The notes under the pieces were generated by a model, which searched no databases, was not told where the DNA came from, and saw only the letters and a list, made by a program, of their open reading frames with translations. A program made the translations under genes and the position numbers. Below are positions 12,466 to 24,239 of a stretch of DNA of 64,000 nucleotides, in pieces. The stretch's first letter is position 1; every line of letters begins with the position of its first letter. Origin of the DNA: Pristiophorus japonicus (Eukaryota); assembly GCF_044704955.1 (NCBI RefSeq), contig NC_091995.1:4278001-4342000 (forward strand). The letters run 5' to 3'.

Positions 12466-13221
12466 AGAAAAGCTTATCATGAATTGTCTCGGATTTCTCG
12501 CAGATGTGTCGCCTTTCTGAATAAAATATCATCCTTTTCCTTATTCAGTTCTTTGACCAAGTTCTGTTCCTTGCCATCCAAAATATTGCACAATTTAGAA
12601 AATTCAGAATCGATGAGGTTCTACGATTGATTCGACTGTTCCTGAGAAAACAAAAGGTTTGTTAAAGAAGGAAACAAAACTATCGCAGGTCACCAGCACA
12701 TTGATCACAATGCTAAATAAACACCAAGCCACGCTGCTGAAAATGCACAGGGATAGTGTTCTGTTAGCCAGACATGGGGTGTATAACACGCTACCCGTAC
12801 AGGCACAGCCCACATCAGCCCACTGAGAATTCACCTTCATTTCGGAGATGCTCTCTTACTGCTTAAACTCAAAATCATGAAAATAAGTTATATTCTGCTT
12901 CAGAGATTGTGGGATCATGTTCATTTGCTCCTGGGATTCAAACTGTGTGTTCTGAAGATAATTCGTAACTGTCAAAAAAAAAATCATGGGGATAAATGAC
13001 GGGAAACATTCTTACACAGCGAGTTATGGTGATCTGGAAAGCATTGCCTGAAAGGGTGGTGGAAGCAGATTCAACAGTAACTTTCAAAAGGGATTTGGAT
13101 AAATAATAGACATTCACAGGGCTCTGGGGAAAGAGCAGGGAGTGAGACTAATGGGACAGCTCTTTCAAAGAGCCAGCACAGGCACGATGGGCAGAATGGC
13201 CTCCTCCTGTGCTGTGTGTGT

Positions 13222-16202
13222 CTGAACAAAGGCAAAAACCAAAAAGGGCCACACTACATCAGAATTCTAAAAGGACAAAGGGTGTTAAAAAAACAAGCCT
13301 GAAGGCTTTGTGTCTTAATGCAAGGAGTATCCATAATAAGGTGGATGAATTAACTGTTACAAATAGATGTTAACAGATATGATGTGATTGGGATTACAGA
13401 GACGTGGCTCCAGGATGACCAGGGCTGGGAACTCAACATCCAAGGGTATCCAACGTTCAGGAAGGATAGAATAAAAGGAAAAGGAGGTGGGGTGGCATTG
13501 CTAGTTAAAGAGGAGATTAATGCAATAGTTCGGAAAGACATTAGCTTGGATGATGTGGAATCTATATGGGTAGAGCTACAGAACACCAAAGGGCAAAAAA
13601 CGTTAGTGGGAGTTGTGTACAGACCTCCAAACAGTAGTAGTGATGTTGGGGAGGGCATCAAACAGAAAAGTAGGGGTGCATGCAATAAAGGTGCAGCAGT
13701 TATCATGGGTGACTTTAATATGCATGTAGATCGGGCTAACCAAACTGGAAGCAATACGGTGGAGGAGGATTTCCTGGAGTGCATAAGGGATGATTTTCTA
13801 AACCAATATGTCAAGGAACCAACTAGGGGGGAGGCCATCTTAGACTGGGTATTGTGTAATGAGAGAGGATTAATTAGCAATCTCGTTGTGCGAGGCCCCT
13901 TGGGGAAGAGTGACCATAATATGGTGGAATTCTACATTAGGATGAAGAATTAAGAAGTTAATTCAGAGACCATGGTCCAGAACTTAAAGAAGGGTAACTT
14001 TGAAGGTATGAGGCGTGAATTGGCTAGGATAGATTGGTGAATGATACTTAAGGGGTTGACAGTGGATGGGCAATAGCAGACATTTAGAGACCGCATGGAT
14101 GAACTACAACAGTTGTACATCCCTGTCTGGTGTAAAAATAAAAAAGGGAAGGTGGCTCAACTGTGGCTATCAAGGGAAATCAGGGATAGTATTAAAGCCA
14201 AGGATGTGGCATACAAATTGGCCAGAAATAGCAGCGAACCCAGGGACTGAGAGAAATTTAGAACTCAGCAGAGGAGGACAAAGGGTTTGTTTAGGGCAGG
14301 GAAAAGAGAGTACGAGAGGAAGCTTGCAGGGAACATTAAAACGGACTGCAAAAGCTTCTATAGATATGTAAAGAGAAAAAGGTTAGTAAAGACAAACATA
14401 GGTTCGCTGCAGTCAGAATCAGGGGAAGTCATAACAGGGAACAAAAAAATGGCAGACCAATTGAACAAGTACTTTGGTTCGGTATTCACTAAGGAGATCA
14501 CAAACAACCTTCCGGATATAAATGTGGTCAGAGGGTCTAGTAAGAAGGAGGAACTGAGGGAAATCTTTATTAGTCGGGAAATTGTGTTGGGGAAATTGAT
14601 GGGATTGAAGGCCGATAAATCCCCAGGGCCTGATGGACTGCATCCCAGAGTACTTAAGGAGGTGGCCTTGGAAATAGCGGATGCATTGACAGTCATTTTC
14701 CAACATTCCATAGACTCTGGATCAGTTCCTATGGAGTGGCGGGTAGCCAATGTAACCCCACTTTTTAAAAAAGAAGGGAGAGAGAAAACGGAATTATAGA
14801 CCGGTCAGCCTGACATCGGTAGTGGGTAAAATGATGTAATCAATTATTAAGGATGTCATAGCAGCGCATTTGGAAAGAGGTGACATGATAGGTCCAAGTC
14901 AGCATGGATTTGTGAAAGGGAAATCATGCTTGACAAATCTTCTGGAATATTTTGAGGATGTTTCCAGTAGAGTGGACAAGGGGGAACCAGTTGATGTGGT
15001 GTATTTGGACTTTCAGAAGGCTTTCGACAAGGTCCCACACAAGAGATTAAAGTGCAAAGTTAAAGCACATGGGATTGGGGGTAGTGTGCTGATGTGGATT
15101 GAGAACTGGTTGTCAGACAGGAAGCAAAGAGTAGGAGTAAATGGGTACTTTTCAGAATGGCAGGCAGTGACTAGTGGGGTACCGCAAGGTTATGTGCTGG
15201 GACTGGGGTCCCAGCTGTTTACATTGTACATTAATGATTTAGACGAGGGGATTAAATGTAGTATCTCCAAATTTGCAGATGACACGAAGTTGGGTGGCAG
15301 CGTGAGCTGCGAGGAGGATTCTATGAGGCTGCAGAGTGACTTGGATAGGTTAGGTGAGTGGGCAAATGCATGGCAGATGAAGTATAATGTGGATAAATGT
15401 GAGGTTATTCACTTTGGTGATAATAACAGAGAGACAGACTATTATCTGAATGGTGACAGATTAGGAAAAGGGGAAGTACAACGAGACCGGGGTATCATGG
15501 TACATCAGTCATTGAAGGTTGGCATGCAGATACAGCAGGCGGTTAAGAAAGCAAATGGCATGTTGGCCTTCATAGCGAGGAGATTTGAGTACAGGAGCAG
15601 GGAGTTGTTACTACAGTTGTACAGTGCCTTGGTGAGGCCACACCTGGAGTATTGTGTACAGTTTTGGTCTCCTAACTTGAGGAAGGACATTCTTGCTATT
15701 GAGGGAGTGCAGCGAAGGTTCACCAGACTGGTTCCCAGGATGGCGGGACTGACATATCAAGAAAGACTGGATCAACTGGGCTTGTATTCACTGGAATTCA
15801 GAAGAATGAGAGGGGATCTCATAGAAACGTTTAAAATTCTGACGGGTTTCGACAGGTTAGATGCAGGAAGAATGTTTCCAATGTTGGAGAAGTCCAGAAC
15901 CAGGGGTCACAGTCTGAGGATAAGGGTTAAGCCATTTAGGACCGAGGTGAGGAGAAACTTCTTCACCCAGAGAATGGTGAACCTGTAGAATTCTCTCCCA
16001 CAGAAAGTTGTTGAGACCAATTCACTAAATATATTCAAAAAGGAGTTAGATGTAGTCCTTACTACTCGGGGGATCAAGGGGTATGGCGAGAAAGCAGGAA
16101 TGGGGTACTGAAGTTGCATGTTCAGCCATGAACTCATTGAATGGCGGTGCAGGCTAGAAGGGCCGAATGGCCTACTCCTGCATCTATTTTCTATGTTTCT
16201 AT
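13222..16202 (+). mobile_element. CR1 LINE with nearly complete but disrupted ORF2 (APE endonuclease + RT)
   Basis: GITETWL, VVYRPP, MGDFN, SDHNMV (endonuclease); KSPGPDG, QHGF, FADDTKL (RT); several stops and frameshifts; TTTCTATG tail. Absent from the paralogue at about 46515. Confidence 0.95.
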
Positions 16203-16297
16203 TCGAGGTGCTGACAATAGAGACATGGTGACACCCCCCTCATCCTCCTTACCCTCCCACCCCTCAGTCACCCTCTTCCGCAACATACTCCCCTTAC

Positions 16298-16367
16298 CGC
16301 AGCCACCGCTCAGCAGGTTCCCGGGGAAGAAGCGACTGTCCAGGTCGCTCACCAAACCCGTTGCCAT
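16298..16367 (-). CDS. ATF6B: First coding exon of an ATF6-beta (CREBL1)-like gene; downstream exons not found in the window
   Basis: ATG at 16367 gives MATGLVSDLDSRFFPGNLLSGGC+G|gtaagg (70 nt, phase 1). It resembles the ATF6B N-terminus as recalled (human MAELMLLSEIADPTRFFTDNLLSPEDW) and lies in a CpG island with CCAAT and GC boxes. Confidence 0.7.
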
Positions 16368-16830
16368 GACGCCCTAGCGCCCCCCGAGTGAATAATAATA
16401 ATAATCCAAAATGTGAAATAAACCCCCCGAGTATTAAAAGCAGGCGGGGCCGCCGTTGGCCGCTCCCACCGGCTCCAACTGGCCGAGACAAGGGCCCAGC
16501 GCGGCGTCACTGGCGCTCGGCCCAAATACACTGCCCCAGCTCCGAGTCCGACTCCCACTGAGGCCCCCGGAAACCTGTCTCCTTCACTCTGAGTGACAGG
16601 TACTCCGGCCAATCGTCTTCCCCAGGAGAGCCCCGCCCCAGAAACCCGCCTCCCTCACTCTGACTGACAGACACTCCGGCCAATCCGCTTCCCCCAAGCC
16701 CTCACCGGGCCGCCGCTGGCCAATCAGCGCCGCCCGAAGGCGGGGTTTGCAGTCATGATTCCGGTTGAAAGAGGCTTGCGCTCGGAACTTGTCGGTTGGG
16801 TTTAAATATTTAATGTTTAACGGCCGACAA
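16368..16830 (-). promoter_or_regulatory. CpG-island promoter / 5' UTR of the ATF6B-like exon
   Basis: High CpG density; CCAAT at 16609, 16680 and 16720; GC box CCCCGCCC at about 16631; a duplicated ~33-bp module ending in CCGGCCAATC. Confidence 0.7.
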
Positions 16831-16832
16831 TC

Positions 16833-18995
16833 TAAGAACATAAGTATTAGGAACAGGAGTAGGCCATCTAGCCCCTCGAGCCTGCTCCGCCATTCAATAA
16901 GATCATGGCTGATCTGGCCGTGGACTCAGCTCCACTTACCCGCCCTCTCTGCGTAACCCTTAATTTCCTTGTTGGTTAAAAATCTATCGATCTTTGGCTT
17001 GAAAACATTCAATGAGCCAGTCTCAACTGCTTCCTTGGGCAGAGAATTCCACATATTCACAACCCTCTGGGAGAAGAAATTCTTTCTCAACTCGGTTTTA
17101 AATTGTCTCCTCCGTATTTTGAGGCTGTGCCCCGTAGTTCTAGTCTCCCCCACCAATGGAAACAACCTCTCTGCCTCTATCTTGTCTATCCCTTTCATGA
17201 TTTTGAACGTTTCTATAAGATCACCCCTCATCCTTCTGAACTCCAAGGAGTAAAGACCCAGTCTACTCAATCTATCATCATAAGGTAACCCCCTCATTTC
17301 TCGAATCAGCCTAGTGAATCGTCTCTGTACCCCTTCCAAAGCTAGTATATCCTTCCTTAAGTAAGGTGACCAAAACTGCACGCAGTACTCCAGGTGCGGC
17401 CTTACCAATACCTTATACAGTTGCAGCAAGACCTCCCTGCTTTTGTACTCCATCCCTTTCGCAATGAAGGCCAACATTCCATTCGCCTTCCTGATTACCT
17501 GCTGCACCTGCATACTAACCTTTTGGGATTCATGCACAAGGACCCCCAGGTCCCTCTGCACCACAGCATGTTGTAATTTCTCCCCATTCAAATAATATTC
17601 CCTTTTACTGTTTTTTTCCCAAGGTGGATGATCTTTCCGACATTGTATTCCATCTGCCAAACCTTAGCCCATTCGCTTAACCTATACAAATCTCCTTGCA
17701 GCCTCTCTGAGTCCTCTACACAACCCGCTTTCCCACTAATCTTAGTGTCATCTGCAAATTTTGTTGCACTACACTCTGTCCCCTCTTCTAGGTCATCCAT
17801 GTATATTGTAAACAGTTGTGGTCCCAGTACTGATCCCTGTGGCACACCACTAACCACTGATTTCCAACCGGAAAAGGACCCATTTATCCCGACTCTCTGC
17901 TTTCTGTTCGCCAGCCAATTCTCTATCCATGCTAATACATTTCCTCTGACTCCGTGTACCTTTATCTTCTGCAGTAACCTTTTGTGTGGCGCCTTATCGA
18001 ATGCCTTTTGGAAATCTACATACACCACATCCATCGGTACACCTCTATCCATCATGCTCGTTATATCCTCAAAGAATTCCAGTAAGTTAGTTAAACATGA
18101 TTTCCCTTTCATGAATCCATGCTGCGTCTGCTTGATTGCACTATTCCTATCCAGATGTCCTGCTATTTCTTCCTTAATAACAGTTTCAAGCATTTTCCCC
18201 ACTACAGATGTTAAACTAACCGGCCTATAGTTACCTGCCTTTTGCCTGCCCCCTTTTTTAAACAGAGGCGTTACATTAGCTGCTCTCCAATCCGCTGGTA
18301 CCTTCCCAGAGTCCAGAGAATTTTGGTAGATTATAACGAATGCATCTGTTATAACTTCCGCCATCTCTTTTAATACCCTGGGATGCATTTCATCAGGACC
18401 AGGGGACTTGTCTACCTTCAGTCCCATTAGCCTGTCCAGCACTACCTCCCTAGTGATAGTGATCATCTCAAGGTCCTCCCTTCCCACATTCCTATGACCA
18501 GCAATTTTTGGCATGGTTTTTGTGTCTTCCACTGTGAAGACAGAAGCAAAATAATTGTTTAAGGTCTCAGCCATTTCCACATTTCCATATATCTGTAAAA
18601 GCTTTTACTATCTGTTTTTATGTTTTGCGCAAGTTTACCTTCGTAATCTATCTTCCCTTTCTTTATTGCTTTTTTAGTCATTCTTTGCTGTTGCTTAAAA
18701 TTTTCCCAATCCTCTAGTTTCCCACTAACCTTGGCCACCTTATACGCATTGGTCTTTGATTTGATACTTTCCTTTATTTCCTTGGTTATCCACGGCTGGT
18801 TATCTCTTCTCTTGCCACCCTTCTTTTTCACTGGAATATATTTTTGTTGCGCATTATGAAAGAGCTCCTTAAAAGTCCTCCACTGTTCCTCAATTGTGCC
18901 ACCGTTTAGTCCTTGTTTCCAGTCTACTTCAGCCAACTCTGCCCTCATCCCACTGTAGTCCCCTTTGTTGAAGCATAGTACGCTCGTTTCTGACA
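16833..18995 (-). mobile_element. CR1 LINE ORF2 with a small internal deletion (about 18588)
   Basis: ORFs 17588-18580 and 16926-17660 carry RT motifs; very similar to 29515-31750. Confidence 0.95.
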
Positions 18996-19799
18996 CTTTA
19001 ATTCTGTCATTTTCTCCCAATCCCAGGACCGGCTGAAATCTTCCTTAGATTCTCTCACAGAGAAGAAATGTGCGGCTCTAGAGACGGAATTAAAACAGAA
19101 ACAGCAGATTTCCGGAGTTAGGGGAAGGTCTCCCTGAGCTGATTTTCTGGGATCCCAGTTAGTTTTGTTCCCTCTATCGCGGTACATTAATTATGTTTCA
19201 CAATTCATTTGGTAGGAACAGTCGAGCAGTCTGCAGACCCGCATCACATCCGAGTTCGCTAAAATGCACCAGATTCTCACTGAGAAAGAGCAGCGTTTAA
19301 TCCAAGATCTCAGGGAACAAGAGGGAAAGATTGTAGAAACAATGGAGAAAAACCTTCGGGAAATTCAAGAGAATTTAAATTCTATTCAGGAGGAGCTCTC
19401 AAAGCTGCAGAAACAGATGGAGCAAAAAGACGGACTGATATTTCTGAAGGTGAGGATTATATTGTGGGTCAGTTCAGTGAAACTTCACACAGTCACAAAA
19501 TAACCGATGAGAACTGAAATAAATGCAGCATTTGCTGAACATTTCGAAGTTGATTTAAACCGATTGTTTAGTGTATTCCGGGGCGGTTCTGTTGTTGTCA
19601 CTGAACTAACCGGCTCCCACATTGCTACCTCCCGGGAATGAGTTGCCGTGTGTGGTGAGACAGTCCCTGTGTCTGTGTAACACTGATGTTCACTTCCAGT
19701 ATCTGACACAAATCAGACTTTTCGATTACTTACAATCACAGAATTCTGCAGCACAAAAGGCCCAATGTGTCCGGGATGGCTCTTTGAAAGGGATATGAA

Positions 19800-20215
19800 A
19801 CATAGAAATAGAAACATAGAAAATAGGTGCAGGAGCAGGCCATTCAGCCCTTCTAGCCTGCACCGCCATTCAACGAGTTCATGGCTGAACATGAAACTTC
19901 AGTACCCACTTCCTGCTTTCACGCCATACCCCTTGATCCCCCGAGTACTAAGGACTTCATCTAACTCCCTTTTGAATATATTTAGTGAATTGGCCTCAAC
20001 TACTTCCTGTGGTAGAGAATTCCACAGGTTCACCACTCTCTGGGTGAAGAAGTTTCTCCTTATCTCGGTCCTAAATGGCTTACCCCTTATCCTTAGACTG
20101 TGACCCCTGGTTCTGGACTTCCCCAACATTGGGAACATTCTTCCTGCATCCAACCTGTCCAAACCCGTCAGAATTTTAAACGTTTCTATGAGGTCCCCTC
20201 TCACTCTTCTGAACT
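19800..20215 (-). mobile_element. CR1 3' fragment in a TRIM C intron
   Basis: ORF 19899-20219 RGDLIETFKIL..TRGHSL..FFTQRVV; CATAGAAA tail. Confidence 0.9.
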
Positions 20216-20674
20216 CCACTCCCCCTGCTCTTTCCCCTTATCCTTGCATTTTTTTCCTTTTCAAGTCGATTTCCAATTCCCTTTTGAAAATTACTGTTAA
20301 ATCTGCGTCCTCCACCCGTTCACTCAGTGAATTCCAGTTCATCACAAGTCATTGTTTAAAAAAACACTTTCTTTTTTTGCCAATTATGTTAAAGATTTGT
20401 GAATATGATCCCCCAGGTCTCTCTGTTCCTGCACCCCATTTAAAATTGTACCATTTTGTTTACATTGGTTCCCCCCATTCTTCATTCCAAAATGCATCAC
20501 TTCACAGTTCTCTGTTTAAATTTTATCTGCCCTCTGCTCATTTTACCAGCCTGTCTGTATCCTGCTGAAGTCTTTTACTGCCCTCGCTGTTTATGTTTTA
20601 TTTATTTCAGGAGGAAGCTTGTCGGAAGAGGAGGTAGGACATGCTCTTTACAGAAACTCTGCTTGGAAAAGTTT

Positions 20675-23600
20675 TTTTTAATTTGTTCAAGGGATGTGGG
20701 CATCGCTGGCAAGGCCAGTATTTATTGCCCATCTCTAAATGCCCCTTGAGAAGATGTTGGTTAGCCACATTCTTGAACCACTGCAGGTGATAGTACTCCC
20801 ACAGTGCTGTTCGGGAGAGAGTTCCAGGATTTTGACGCAGCGATGATAAAGGAATGCCGATATGCTTCCAACTCAGGATGATTTGTGACTTTGAGGGGAA
20901 CGTGGAGGTGGTGGTGTTCCCATGTGCTTGCTGCCCTTGTCTTTCTAGCTGGTAGAGGTCGCAGGTTTGGGAGGTGCTGCTGAAGAAGCCTTGGCGAGTT
21001 GCTGCAGTGCATCTTGTAGATGGTACACACTGCAGCGACGGTGCAGTGTGTACCGAGGAAGTGAATGTTTAAGGTGTTGGATGGGGTGCCAATCAAGCGA
21101 GCTGCTTTGTCCTGGATGGTGTCGAGCTTCTTGAAGCTGCTATTGTTGAAGCTGCACTCATCCAGGCAAGTGGAGAGTATGCTATCACACTCCTGACTTG
21201 TGGCTTGTAGATGGTGGAAAGGCTTTAGGTATGTGGCTGGTCCAGTTAAGTTTCTGGTCAATGGTGGCCTCCAGGATGTTGGTATGGGATTTGGTGATGG
21301 TAAAGCCATTGAATGTTAAGGGACGGTGGTTAGACCCTCGCTTGTTGGAGATAGTCATTGCCTGGTACTTGTGTGGCGCGAATGCTACTTGCCACTTATC
21401 AGCCCAAGCCTGAATGTTGTCCAGGTCTTGCTGTGTGCGGGCATGGACTGCTCCATTATCTGAGGAGTTGCGAATGGAACTGAACACTGCAGTCATCAGC
21501 GAACATCCTCACGTCTGACATTATGATGGAAGGAAGATCATTGATGAAGCAACTGAAGATGGTTGGGCCTAGGACACTGCCCTGAGGAATTCCTGCAGTG
21601 ATGTTCTTGGGCTGTGATGATTGACCTCCAACCACCACTACCATCTTCCTTTGTGCTAGGTATAACTCCAGCCAGTGGAGAGTTTTCACCCATTGACTTC
21701 AATTTTACTAGGGCTCCTTGATGCCACACTCGGTCAAATGCTGCCTTGATTTTGAGGGCAGTCACTCTCATCTCACCTCCTGGAATTCAGCTCTTTTGTC
21801 CATCTTTGGACTAAGGCTGTAATGAGGTCTGGAACCTAGTCGTCCTTGTGGATCAGCGAGCAAGTTATCAGTGAGTAAGTGCTGCTTGATAGCACTGTTG
21901 ATGACCCCTTCCATCACTTTGCTAATGATGAAGAGTAGACTGATGGGCCGGTAATTGGCCGGATTGGATTTGTCCTGCTTTTTGTGGACAGGACATACCT
22001 GGGCAGTCTTCCACATTGTCGGATAGATGCCAGTGTTGTAGCTGTACTGGAACAGCTTGGCTAGAGGCGTGGCTAGTTCTGGAGCACAAGTCTTCAGCAC
22101 AACAGCCAGGATGTTGTCAGGGCCCATAGCCTTTGCTGTATCCAGTGTGTTCAGCCATTTCTTGATATCATGTGGAGTGAATCGAATTGGCTGAAGACTG
22201 GCTTCTGTGATGGTGGGGACCTCAGGAGGAGGCCGATATGGATCATCCACTCGGCACTTCTGGCTGAAGATGATTGTAAACACTTCAGCCGTTTCTTTTG
22301 CAGTTACGTGCTGGGCTCCGCCATCATTGAGGATGGGGATATTCATGGAGCCTTCTCCTCCCACTAATTGTTTACCGGTCCACCACCATTCACCACTGGA
22401 TGTAGCAGGACTACAGAGCTTTAATCTGATCCATTGGTTCTGGGATCGCTTAATGTTGTGTACAGCATGCTGCTTTCGCTTTATAGCATGCTGTGATGCA
22501 GCTTCCCCAGGTTGGCACTTCATTTTCAGGTATGCCTGGTACTGCTCCTGGCATGTTCTTCTACACTCCTCATTGAACCAGGGTTGGTCCCCAGGCTTGA
22601 TGGTAATGGTAGAGTAAGGGATATGCCGGGCCATGAGGTTACAGATTGTGGTGGAATTCAATTCTGCTGCTGCTGATGGCCAACAACGCCTCATGGATGC
22701 CCAGTTTTGAGCTGTTAGATCTGTTCTGAATCTATCCCATTTAGCACAGTGGTAATGCCACACAACATGATGGATGGTGACCTCCGTGTGAAGACGGGAC
22801 TTCATCTTCACAATGACTGCGACCAATGCTGTCATGGACAGATGCATCTGCGACAGGTAGATGCGTGAGGATGAGGTCAAGTAGGATTTCCCGCGTATTG
22901 GTTCTTTTACCACTTGCTGCAGGCCCAGTTTGACGGCTATGTCCTTCAGGGCTCGGTCAGAAGTGGTGCTACTGAGCCACTTTTGATGATGGACATTGAA
23001 GTCCCCTATCTAAAGTACATTCTGTGCCCTTGCTACACTCAGTGCTTCTTCCAAGTGGTGTTTAACATGGAGGAGTACTGATTCTCAGCTGATGGAGGGC
23101 GATAGGTGGTAATCAGGGGTTTCCTTGCCCAAGCTTGACCTGAAGCCATGAGACTTCATGGTGTCCAGAATTAATGTTGAGGATCCCAAGGCTTCTCCCT
23201 CCCGACTATATACCACTGTGTCACCATACCTGGTGGGTCTGTCCTGCCGGTGGGACAGAATATATCCAGGGATGGTGATGGAGGAGTCTGGGACATTGGC
23301 TGAAAGGTATGCCTCTGTAAGTATGACTATGTCAGGTTGTTGCTTGACTAGCCTGTGGGACAGCTCTCCCAATTTTGGCACATGTCCCCAGGTGGTGAGA
23401 ATGACTTTGCAGGCTCGATTGGGCTGGATTTACTGTTGTCGTGTCTGTAGCTGGTGCCGAGGTCGATGGCGGGTGGTTCGTCCGGTTTTATTCTGATTAT
23501 TGTTTTTCGTAGCAGTTGTGTATAACTGAGTGGCTTGCTAGGCCATTTCAGAGGGAAATTAAGAGTCAACCACATTGCTGTGGGTCTGGAGTCATACATC

Positions 23601-23850
23601 GGCCAGGCCGGGTAAGGACAGCAGATTTCTTTCCCTGAAGGACATTAGTGAACCAGATGGGTTTTTATGACAATCCGGTAGTTTCATGGTCACTATTACC
23701 GACACTAGCTTTTTATTCCGGATTTATTTAATTAACTGAATTTAAATTCCCCAGTTGCCGTGGTGGGATTTGTACTCGTGTCTCTGGATCATTTGTCCAG
23801 GCATCTGGATTACTAGTCTGGTGATGTTACCACTGTGCTACCATTCCCCG
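20675..23850 (-). mobile_element. Near full-length ~3.2-kb LINE (APE + RT, no ORF1 evident) with a tRNA/SINE-like 5' head
   Basis: QPDIVILTE (endonuclease), KAMGPDNI, NYRPISLL, AAFDRVWH, GIPQGSVLGP, FADD. 5' region 23520-23850 has A/B-box-like motifs. 3' tail as at 2610-2670. Confidence 0.85.
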
Positions 23851-24239
23851 TTTGTGGGCAATTTATAACATCAACTTTAATATTTACAGGTTTGGTGACG
23901 ACGGTAAAGTACTGTCAGTAGCAGATGGTGCCCTGTCTCTTGGAAAGTTCAACGGGCCTTTACAGTACACAGGTTGGAGAGAAATGACGGAAGCCATTAA
24001 CCCTGGTAAATCTCTCATATTCCTTTTTCTTGATTTATTAATCTCAATGAGGAGGGCCTAAACCGTCTCCCAGACCCCATATTAAGTGATCACTGATGTC
24101 CGTGTTTAATCTGGAAGTCAGTAGTTTTTGCACTGGATAAGGGAGGGCTTGAGGTGATCTTACTGAAGTATTCATGATCCGAAACCGGAGAGAGAAGTTA
24201 ATTATCCAAAGGTTTGACACAGTCAGAGTCTACAACAAC

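Larger units (their letters stand above)
6557..12930 (-). pseudogene. TRIM pseudogene A (lineage 2): exons 12835-12930, about 12465-12641, 6728-6750, about 6557-6635
   Basis: 96-nt exon EQMNMIPQSLKQNITYFHDFEFKQ*ESISEMK; coiled-coil exon EQSNQS*NLIDSEFSKLCNILDGKEQNLVKEL; 23-nt micro-exon with AG/GT; ISEDDHQPNIMEGSLSLGAFKGPTQY. Sizes and order mirror the TRIM at 33601-40762. Carries stops, a CAG>CAT acceptor and CR1 truncations. Confidence 0.75.
19027..24005 (+). pseudogene. TRIM partial copy C (lineage 1): exons 19027-19122, 19216-19449, 20611-20633, 23890-24005; no RING/B-box exon and no PRY/SPRY exon found
   Basis: DRLKSSLDSLTEKK..KQKQQISGVR; EQSSSLQTRITSEFAKMHQILTEKEQRLI..IFLK; EEACRKR; FGDDGKVLSVADGALSLGKFNGPLQYTGWREM. 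Sizes 96/234/23/116 nt. The first donor is mutated GT>GG at 19123-19124. Confidence 0.85.

Noticed and set aside
23760-23850. tRNA gene
   Set aside because: A/B-box-like motifs are present, but no convincing cloverleaf was seen and the segment is contiguous with repeat sequence. It is better explained as a SINE/LINE head (same for 32710-32775).
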